This document shows positions 1 through 10,027 of a stretch of 53,210 bases of DNA, in pieces (position 1 is the first letter of the stretch; each line of letters opens with the position of its first letter). The stretch comes from Hyphochytrium catenoides (Eukaryota > Protista > Hyphochytriomycota): the NCBI GenBank assembly GCA_900088475.1, contig FLMG01004328.1:1-53210 (forward strand), read 5' to 3'. Position numbers and translations under genes: made by a program. The notes under the pieces were generated by a model that saw only the letters and a program-made list of their open reading frames with translations, was not told the origin of the DNA and ran no database searches.

Positions 1-454
1 CGATAAATTACCTCATTATAATGAGTCAAAATCGGCTTAGGGATATGAAAGAGAGAGAGAGAGAGAGAGAGATGAAGCGGTACAGGTGGGACAGAGAGAT
101 ATGTCCAAAGGTACCTTGGAGCTTCTTTTTCTCTCCCTTCTAAGGAGATAACGCCCTTCTTCTTTACCGTTATCAAGGGAGATTGTGGCCTAACGAAGCC
201 AGCAGCCCACGCAAGAGAGAGGACATTGAGGATGAGAAGAGCGACGAGGAGGGAAACAGAATAGACCTATCTAAGAGGTACCTAGTACAAGGAGAAAGAG
301 GAGAGAGAGAAATAGAGAAAGAGAGAGAGAGAACGGAAGAGATGGTGTTCTTCCTTGTACGACCTAGCCACCAAGCCTACATAGAGAGAGCATTTAGGAT
401 GATGAGAGCGGACCGAGGGAGACAGAATAGGCTAAATAAAAGAGACAAGCTACG

Positions 455-494
<40 letters not shown>

Positions 495-2460
495 CAAGAA
501 AGAGAAAGAGGGAGAACGAGAAAGAGAAGGGAAGAGAGATGTTCGTTTCTATTTCCCCGCCACAATAACTGAAAAACAGAAAAGAGGGTCACCTAGAACA
601 CTTCGCAAGGGTTGTGGGGGCCCTTGACTGAGAAAGGACCAGGCTCAATTTCTTTAAGTAATGTACTTATAGACCACCAGAATTGACGGTTTGGTTTCGT
701 ATATTTTCCCTATAAATGAGCAGAAGCCACCTTCCTTACAACTTACAACCCATAAACTGTAAATATGCACATCCTCTCAAGTTCTAAATGTCGCTCATGT
801 CTGTACTTGATGTACTTGTAATTCTTAGCAAGACAGCAGCTCTATTGTTTATCAGGGGCTCACCCCTTGCTGACCATAATAAAAGGACACGACAAAGAGA
901 CGAGCCACTAGACCATCGTACTCGTAACGTAGTCTAAAGATCCAGAAGCGCGCCTTTTATAAACAGAAAGTGTCTGGTGGCTGATTCTTCTTCCTTCTTC
1001 AGCCTGCTGAAAAAAAGGTCTCAGAGAAGGGCATGTACTTTGGTTTCCATCTCTTCTTGACCAAGAAGGAGTGCCTTTTGTATAGAGGTGCTAAGCCTGA
1101 CTTCACGAACGGCCTGGGTTATAGTTAACGTTGTAGGGTGAGTCTGTAGAACCCTTACTACTAAAACAACAATCGTACGGTTGTTGTTGGTGAAGAGAGA
1201 CTTATAATAAAGTTATCCTTGGTTGTTGATGGTGGTAGCACAATCTGTCCTGTTTCCAATGTTGCTTGGCGCGCTATGATGAGGCGCCCAAGAAGGAAGA
1301 GAGGGAATTATACTTCAACCACTTATTGTAGATAATGGCCTTAAAATGAGCCTTTCAAAGTCGACGGGTCTTACCCTTTGCTGCTGAATCACCGTTTCTA
1401 GTAGAAGAGCTTGAGAAGAGGAGGAGATGCCAGTCTGCGATTTGCAATCTGGATGATAAAAGCTCATGATAATAATCTCTATTGTACTAGACCGATGACA
1501 GTGATGGTGAAGATCGAAGGTAGATACTACATAGCAGTGGTGTTTCGCTACACCGATCTTCCCGGGCCACTGCCTACTATGCAGGAGTCAAGGGGTATTC
1601 TTGCGGCTTTTCTAGTTCAGACTGGCAGAGGAGGAGGAGCGAAGACGACTTGCTGCATGACATCTTTACTTCTTATATAGTTCTACCTAAGCGCTAACAT
1701 CTTAAGAGACGGCCTGTAGAAGGTGATTGTCTCTCCTCACCGCTTCATCAATGGCATGAGAGATATAACCTCCACCTCTATCTGTTCATAATCATTAGCA
1801 GCAGAAGGCGGCGTGGGCTGCCGCAATGAGCTCTGCAACAGTAGCCTGTTAGGAGGATGGTGATAATGATCAATACAACTGAGTGGCAGGAGACTAAATA
1901 TCTCGAAAATATTGGGATTTTTTCGTGCTCTAGCTGATCAATCTAGCAGAATTTTATAAAGAGTTTAGACAATGCTGGGTGAAAAGGGTCACAACGAAGG
2001 GGATTAATCAGCTATTACTAAGGAAAATATAGGCACTTCCATTAATAATAATACGACAAAATAAGGCTCAAAGTACTCCAGGATTGGTGGCTATTGAACG
2101 CGAAAATAAACTTGTCCCAGTCGCTAACGACTATAATACTCCATTTGAAACACAAGGTATAAGTACTACACTGGTCTGTCTCCCGTAACGCCTGCCTATC
2201 CCTCCGTCGTCCTCCTCCGCCCCCCTCTCTCTGCCTCTCCGCTCTGTCTCGTTTCTTTATCATCAGAACCAGGTTTTCAGACAACCACCAGCTTTTCTCA
2301 GGTTTCTCAGCTCACCACAGTTTTGTATTTATGACCTGTATGCATCCTTCCTGGGATATCATGTCAGATTCTACCATTATCTAGAATAACACAATGTCCT
2401 GGGCTAGATGTAGGTCGGACGGGATGATGGGCCCACTGAGCGAGTTGAGTACACTTGAGC

Positions 2461-2473
2461 AGAGAGAGAGAGA

Positions 2474-2507
<34 letters not shown>

Positions 2508-2603
2508 AAGAGAGAGAGAGAGAGAGAGAGAGAGGGAGCGATTGAGCGGGAGGAGAGAGGAGAGAGAGGGGGAGAGAGAGGAGAGAGAGAGGGGAGAGAG
2601 GAG
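2461..2603. repeat. imperfect (AG)n microsatellite tract
   Basis: Long run of agagag with occasional aa/gg interruptions. It produces several ER- and SL-rich spurious ORFs. Confidence 0.95.
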
Positions 2604-3430
2604 AGCGCTGCACCACATCTGTCCACCAGATCGCAGCGATGTGGAGCAAGAACCGAGCCAAAGTGAGCGGAGAAGTGGGTTGAATGGTCTCTCCTCTTAG
2701 CCCAAAGTGGCCCTGGACCTGGTGTCTGGTCCCTCCTTTCCCCTAATTGTTGCCCCTTCGGTCTCTCCTCCTCTCTTCTTCCCTATCATTTAGACCTCCT
2801 CTTCCTCATTTGGTCTTTCTCTCTCTTTCTCTCTGTACCTTCGGTCTCCCCTCTGTCTCTTGCTTTCTTGCCCTCATCAGTCTTTCTTCCTGCTTTCTCT
2901 CTTATCCTCTTTCTCTCTCCTCTTCTTACTGTCCACCATTACCTTTCAGATCAGAGCATCCCAAAGTATCTTTCTCATGGCTTACCTCTCCCTCCCCTGG
3001 TATGTTTACGCTAGGACAGCGGTTAGAGTCTGGGTTAGAGAGGAAAAAGCAGTTGGGTCGTCTGTCCTCCGCAAGTCATTCTTTCTCTTACCTGTATCTC
3101 GCACTGCTTCCCTGCCATCCCGCACCCTCCTCCTCAGCAGCAGCCGCGCCAGCCCAAGCGGCGCAGCGAGAGAAAGAGAGAGAGAGAGAGGGTGAGAAGG
3201 AAGAGGAAGGAGAAGCTTGTGGTCAAACAGGGACAGCCACTATATCTCTTGTTAGCGCCTGCATCTTCGCCGTCGCTATCACGAAAGCTCAAACATTAAT
3301 TTTCATAAGTTATCTCTTGTCTAAGCCCTTGGCCTTGGTCGAGCTTTGTCTCTCTTTGTTCTCTCTCCTTTCCTCTTCGTGTTCGGAAGACGGATCTCTC
3401 TTCTCTGCCTGACACCGGGCATTAAAAACT

Positions 3431-5185
3431 ATGGCACGCGTTACTTTGGGAAGAAAGAGACAGCGTCAAGAAGGAGGAGACAGCACCAAACAGTCTCTCC
3501 CATCATTCCTCTCCTGCTCTTTCAACCACGGCCTACCTCGAAGGGCAGCTGCAATACTTCTCTCCGCGCTAACGGTCTCTTCTTTCTCATCATCGAGCTT
3601 CCATGATGTCCATGCCGCTACTTCCTCCCCTTCCCCTGCTTCTTCTTCTTCTCTTTATGCCAACGCCACCGCTTACTGGATTGACCCTGAGACACCTTCG
3701 TCGGTGAAGACAATCAAGGCAAGTACTGGGCAGAAGATGGTCTTGGTAGCCAGCGACGAGTTCAATAAGAATGGGCGGACCTTTAAGACAGGAGAAGACA
3801 AGATGTGGACGGCACTAGATACACCTGACGTTACCAATCAAGCCATAGATTATATTGGAGAAGATATGGCCACCACGGAGGGTGGAAGCCTTCGCTTGGC
3901 GCTAGTGAAGGAGAAGAGAGGAGGCAGAGAATTTGTTGGCTCTTCCATACAGTCATGGAACAAGTTCTGCTTCACAGGCGGGAGAGTAGAGGCCAGAGCT
4001 CAATGGCCAGCCGCGACAGGCACTTGGCCTGGCATCTGGATGATGGGAAACCTAGGACGTCCGCAATATGAAGATTCAAACCTAGGAGTCTGGCCTTTCA
4101 GTTATAATGTATGCGACAAGGCAGGAAGCAAGCCCACCGGGCAGAGAATCACAGCTTGTGACCCCAATCCTGGACCAGGACTGCATCCCAACCAAGGGAG
4201 AGGCGCTCCAGAGATCGATATCTTAGAGGCATGGGCCGATGACACCAAGTTCTTCTTCCCTTCTTCCCTGCAAGTGGCTCCATCTCTGCCTCTCTCTTTC
4301 AAACCATATGATGGGGAGATGCCCTCACAACCCTACGGAGGCCCGCAAAACTTCTCCTGGTACGGCGAAGGCGTGACGTATGGGAACGAAGTCAACACGT
4401 GGTATGGACACAATGAGAAAGGCTATTGGTCCAACGCAGTGGCAAATCTTAGGCGACTTAAAAAGGAAGAAAGAGACGCCTTTAACGTGTACGCCGTGGA
4501 GTGGAAACAAGGGGAAAAAGATGGTTATCTCAAGTTCTTCTTCAATGGAGAGTTGCTTCTCTCTCTCTCTTCAGCAGCGCTGAAAGGAAAGTGCGACTCC
4601 TACGGCGAGTGCGTAGGAGACAGAGACATCCCTAACGAGCCCATGGCCTTTGTCTTTACAATGGCTCTCGCTCCCAGCTGGGCGGGAGGAGAGAAAGGTC
4701 TCTCTGCTCTTCCCGCTTATTTCTTGGTAGACTATATTCGCTGGTACCAGGATCCTGCTAGGGTCAACATTGGCTGTGACCCTGCTGACTATCCAACCAG
4801 AGAGTATATTGAGGCAAATCCTAAGATGTATGGCCCGCCCGCTCTTCCGTCTCCGCCGCTCTTTGCCTCTTTCCACTATAATTTCACATCTCTCTCTCGT
4901 CCTGGCCTCTCTCCCGCCGCCTCCTCCTCAACCGCCGCTGTGAGCGATGGCAATGGCAAAGCTAGCAATACGACCACCGGCGGTGCGGAAGGAGAAGGAG
5001 ACAAAAAGAAAGGGAACTTCCTGACACGGATGCCGATGGCAGGGCAAGTCGGGCTGCTAGTTGGCGGGAGTATCTTTCTCAGCGGGATCCTGGCCGGCGT
5101 ACTCTTCTACATTTCAAAACGTCAGAAGGAGAAGGAAGGAGAGTGGGCCCAGTACACTGAGTCAGGGAGATACACAGTTCTTTAA
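3431..5185 (+). CDS. KRE6/SKN1-family beta-glucan synthesis-associated GH16 protein (putative beta-1,6-transglycosylase), type I membrane topology
   Basis: Intact 584-aa ORF with family motifs WIDPETP, LVASDEFNKNGRTF, QSWNKFCFTGG, WPGIWMMGNLGR, VWPFSYNVCD, GRGAPEIDILEA (GH16 ExDxxE at 4211-4228), IPNEPM, VDYIRWYQ and GCDPADYPT. N-terminal signal-like stretch and C-terminal transmembrane helix (GQVGLLVGGSIFLSGILAGVLFYI). Confidence 0.93.
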   Translation: MARVTLGRKRQRQEGGDSTKQSLPSFLSCSFNHGLPRRAAAILLSALTVSSFSSSSFHDVHAATSSPSPASSSSLYANATAYWIDPETPSSVKTIKASTGQKMVLVASDEFNKNGRTFKTGEDKMWTALDTPDVTNQAIDYIGEDMATTEGGSLRLALVKEKRGGREFVGSSIQSWNKFCFTGGRVEARAQWPAATGTWPGIWMMGNLGRPQYEDSNLGVWPFSYNVCDKAGSKPTGQRITACDPNPGPGLHPNQGRGAPEIDILEAWADDTKFFFPSSLQVAPSLPLSFKPYDGEMPSQPYGGPQNFSWYGEGVTYGNEVNTWYGHNEKGYWSNAVANLRRLKKEERDAFNVYAVEWKQGEKDGYLKFFFNGELLLSLSSAALKGKCDSYGECVGDRDIPNEPMAFVFTMALAPSWAGGEKGLSALPAYFLVDYIRWYQDPARVNIGCDPADYPTREYIEANPKMYGPPALPSPPLFASFHYNFTSLSRPGLSPAASSSTAAVSDGNGKASNTTTGGAEGEGDKKKGNFLTRMPMAGQVGLLVGGSIFLSGILAGVLFYISKRQKEKEGEWAQYTESGRYTVL

Positions 5186-5320
5186 AGAGAATAAAGAGAG
5201 AGAGAAAAGATAGAACCTTCTTTCGCCCTAACATTGATCAACTATTCCGTTTTGAGCTTTAACTGCTGGTCTTCGCACCCCGCTCTCCTGTTTCTCCCTC
5301 TCTTTGTGTCTGTTGCTCAC

Positions 5321-5361
<41 letters not shown>

Positions 5362-5618
5362 CTGTCGCTTGCTCTCTTTCTCTCCCTAAATATATTTACT
5401 CTTCCTTCTACGGTCCTTCCCTTCTCTGCTCTGGTCCTTTCTTCACTCCACTGTTTTCTCTTCACTTCTACTTCTTCCATATGCTCCCTCTACTCGTTGT
5501 CCATACTCTTCTTAAAAAGAAAAGATGGGTTCCTCGATTCTCTTTTTCGACGTGTATGGTCTTCCCATGGCCCTTGTGTCAGCACCTTTTTGAGCCAACT
5601 CTTCCTTTCTCTTGGATG

Positions 5619-5654
<36 letters not shown>

Positions 5655-6090
5655 GCGCGCGCGCTTTCTCTCTCTCTCGCTGTCTCTCCACGCCGGCTAT
5701 GTGACGTGTCTTGAGTGGACGATAAGGTTCATAGAGTTGGACATGTTCAACCAGCCCAGCAGTAAAACATATAAATGGCCCCAGGAACCTACCCTTTTTC
5801 CTCACAGACCAGCCAGGTTCTATCCTTTCGCGGCTCACACTACTTCTTGAGTGGGGCCACTGATGACCGTGGTGGTGCCTTAGCTTCTAACTCTATCTGC
5901 TGTTCTGACTGTACTGTCGCACTCCTGAGCAGTGCACATCTGTTTAGCTGAACAGTTTTCAGGACTCAGATACGAAGCGTCAGTACCACCACCGCGAACA
6001 TGCAACTTCTAGCGAAGTGGGCGATGGCTGGTGAGGAGATGGAGAGGCACAGAGGAATCCATTGGCCCAGACAACAGCGATCCGTAGAGG

Positions 6091-6106
6091 CTAACCCTAA
6101 CCCTAA
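6091..6106. repeat. short interstitial telomere-like (CCCTAA)n / telo-box-like motif
   Basis: ctaaccctaaccctaa is about 2.7 units of TTAGGG on the minus strand. Confidence 0.45.
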
Positions 6107-8615
6107 GCCCAAAGATAAGGGCGCCTAGGGCCCGGGCCCCGGGCACGATTGACGCATGATTGTTTGCCTGAGCGCCACCTTTGGCGGCGAGCTATCGACC
6201 ATGACACAGGTGGCAGTACGCACTGAGGAAGACATCAGAAATAGCAGCACGACGCGAGGAATGGGGCAACGCTATCCGAGTGGCATCCACACCTGATAGC
6301 TAGACAGCAGCTTGCATCACACGTGGTAGTTTCATCCTTGACCCAATGATGTAGCAGCACCAGAATGGAAGCCCTCTCATCTCAAGGAGAAAGCACTATA
6401 GAGCGACACCATAGGTGCGGGACGTGATGACATTCCAGACTCCAGACGCCAACTCCAGAGAAGAATAGCGTTCTGGATGCCAATGATTGATCAAGGACAT
6501 CACCAGGGTGATGAAGGGTTCCTTTTGCGGCGTCTTACTACTATTGGAGACCGCCATCTCGCAGTAGTAGTGAGGAGATCAGAGACTTTGCCAGGCAGAT
6601 TAGTCACTGGCTTCATGAGAGTGTCAAGTGAGAGAAGGAAGTGGATGGACACGCTGAATAGGAAGAGGAGACGTGGTGGATATGCAGCATGATGAGGGTG
6701 TTGGCTGCGTTCTGTCTGTTCCGATGCTAGTGAAGGAAGAGGTACGGGCTGAACTTGTCTGATCCTGCTGCTCCCTCTCCAATGGTTACTGCTGAGGACA
6801 TGATCTTTATGAGAGGAAGCTGAGGAGATGAAAAATCCCATAGCTCTTCCTTTCAGGTCAACGTTGTCACGAGAAGAGGCAAAAGGACCATACAAGAAGA
6901 AGACATCGCGAGGAGAAGAATAGCTCACTGTGATATAAACCTAGGGAAGGCAAGCTCATACTGCATTCCTGACCTGTCCACCTGGCACTCGTCCTTGGTC
7001 CTCTCATCGTCTGCTCATTGGTTCGGTTGCTGGAAGCTTCTTGCGTGACTACTTTTCTTCTGCTGCGATAAGGCCCAATCTTACAGAAGAAGACAAAGAA
7101 GGGCTAAGAGCTTTACCAGCCTCTTCTCTCGGCAGGAGAACCCACGACTACACAGGTTCGAACAAGATGGCCCACTATCACTCAGAGAAGCCAGGGTAAG
7201 AACGTAGACTTTATTTCTTGTCATCTTTGGACGTCCTCTTGTGTCTCGTTGCTTCCCACGGCTGCCAGAGGATTTCTAGTGCTGGCTAATGGATAGAAGG
7301 TCCCAGGTCCGAGTGGCATCTTCTCCATCTTGCCTACTTCCGATAGCTGTGACCGCTTACGCTTTCAATGAGAGCTATGCAACCACTGGCATGGGGCTGA
7401 TAGGCACACCAGGTACCATCAGCCTCATCTACTGCTTAACAATATCTATCATGAGCGTCACGTCTGACGATGCTGCTCCTTTAACCTAGCCCCTTCCTCA
7501 ATTTATCAAAGCGATGAGGTTTCTCCTGCTTGCTTCTTCCGTTCTCATCTGCCGTTCAAAGGCTTGTCAATCTTTGGCATGGGCGACAATAGCGGGACTT
7601 GTGCTAGGTAAGCATTGAAGATTGTTATAAAGCATTGGCTTATTCCAGAGAATCTCTGTCGTTCCATCCTCGGCCCGAGTGAGCTGAGAGCGGGCTGTTA
7701 TCGCTTGGTTTACCTCTATCCATGAGAGAGGACAGAAATCTCGGAGCTAGCATCTATCCGCTACACGTCTACGCCGGCAGCAGATGCACTGCTTTTCAAG
7801 AGGTGGCTAGAGGCTGCTAAAGGATGATGACGGATGGCAGGCTGTCTATCATCAATCCTTGCGTTCATAGCGAAATGTCTGTTGATAGCTGAAGAGGAAA
7901 AACATCCCTTTCAACAAGCCATCGGCGTTTTGCTCTCGTGTTGACATCGGGTGACCATGATGTCTGAGGCTAATGATAAGCTGTCTGCTGCTGTCTGTCT
8001 ACCCTTCACATCTGCTCATCATTCTGTCTCCTAACCCACTACGCGGCGGAAGAGCGTACCATCATTCGACGGCAGAAAGTGGGACGTGCTGCTGCTTGCT
8101 GCTTCTTCCCACATTTTTCATGATAACCGACGCAGAAGAGAGAGCGGTCCATCCTTTGACAAAGGGAAACGGTGTCTTTCTCTTGCTGTTTCCCTGCCGA
8201 AAGGACGTGCCTTTCATGGTATGGAGAAGCTCAAGAAAGATCAACTTGGGCGATGAGTGATAGATAATATATACACTTGAGGAGAGGATGGTGATGGGGT
8301 CAGCGCTTGTCTCTGATGATGGAATGTGACTCTTCCTTGCAGGCGAGCAAGGGAAGTGACAGACAGAGCTCAGGGTCTTGACAGCGCTCTTCTGGAAAGT
8401 CTTCAAGGATAGAGGAGAGTAAAGAGGGAGAGAGAGTAGAGAGAGAGAGAGAGAGTAAGAAAGAAAGAGAGAGAGAAACCAGTGTTGATGAGGAAGAGGA
8501 TCCAGATTTTGATGTTGATTGGCACAAGGGAGAGGATGCACACACAAAGGAGAGTCTTTGATAGAAGAGTACGCAGGGAGAGGAGAGAGATAAAGAGAGA
8601 AGAGAGAAGAGGAAG

Positions 8616-8648
<33 letters not shown>

Positions 8649-8707
8649 NNNNNNNNNNNNNNNNNNNNNNNNNNNNNNNNNNNNNNNNNNNNNNNNNNNN
8701 NNNNNNN
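8649..8707. other. assembly gap (59 N) inside an (AG)n microsatellite
   Basis: Run of n flanked on both sides by agagag. Confidence 0.99.
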
Positions 8708-8887
8708 GAGAGAGAGAGAGAGAGAGTTTGTGTCTTGTCCATCCTTTCACAACAAGGGGCACACTTACTGGCTCTCCTCCCACTGGGTGCGGTAACGCCT
8801 TCATCATATTACCCACCCACCCTTATATTATCTCCATGCAAAGCGGCCAACCTACCCGTCCGCGAGGCTTTCCAAACCATCCGTTAG

Positions 8888-8949
<62 letters not shown>

Positions 8950-9261
8950 CTTTCTATCTCTCTCCCCTCCTCTTCTCCCTCTTTCATTCTTTCGTCACTT
9001 CTCTCTCTCTCATCCTTTGTCATCAAAGTGTTGTCTCTCTCCCTCAATCCAGTCCTATTGGCAGTCTCCCTTCATATCTTTAGCCTTCCTTCATTCTCTC
9101 TTGTCCCTCTCACTCTTCCTCTCCATCTCACATTCTCTCTGTATCGATGGTACATTGAATCGCAATGGCCGTTGATAGAGAGAGAAATGGAGCCGACACA
9201 CTTGAAGAGAGACAGGGTCGGGAAATATGATAGCGATGGGCTGTAGAAGCTGTAGAGAGGA

Positions 9262-9310
<49 letters not shown>

Positions 9311-9647
9311 GCGGGAAGTGGACGGGAATTAGTGCTATTGCGGCCAAGATGGCAGGGGCTGGGTCAGGATCACTGTTCCACCTCTGCCCTCCTCTCTCTT
9401 TATAACCTATCCTCTTCGTTAGCTTCTCTCTCTCTCTCTCACCTCGAGCTTGATGGACGGAAGAGGATAAACATTGTGCTCTCTCTCTCTCTCTCTCTCT
9501 CCACTGTCTTTCCCTTCTCTCCGTCCGAGGTAACTGTTATCACCAGTGTGGCCCTTGGTCAACTGGTTCCTACTCTTCCTCTGTGACACAGATTGCTACA
9601 TCTTTCTGACCAACCGACAGTAGAACTGCACTGTCGCCCCTCTTCTG

Positions 9648-9678
<31 letters not shown>

Positions 9679-9791
9679 TAGTCTTTCTTTCTCTTCCTGT
9701 CTCGTCTCACGCTATCCATCTTTCTCTCTCTTCCCTCCCAGCTCCAGGTTATGGTATCTATACGGTATCGAGCGCCAGGATGGAGAGGAGC

Positions 9792-9830
<39 letters not shown>

Positions 9831-10027
9831 CATTCCATAATCTACCACGCTTTCTCGAGTCTTGAGCGCGTGCCGCTACGTCTCTCTCTCCGCTTGATTC
9901 ACAAGGAGAGAAGAGAAACAGACTGCTCTCGCTTCCCTGCAGAGACGGAAGCAACCGAGACCATTAGTAGAAAAAGAGACAGAGAGAAAGGGGCTACATC
10001 GTCTCTTCTCTTCTCTTAACTTCACAG

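Noticed and set aside
183-3412. ORFs rich in ERER or LSLS (e.g. 183-572, 2364-2700, 2747-3412), and the many similar ones at 5259-5850, 8062-9950, 15500-18700, 29298-29871, 32692-33925, 38167-39570 and 48158-49776
   Set aside because: They are translations of (AG)n/(CT)n microsatellites, which lack stop codons. They have no domain content.
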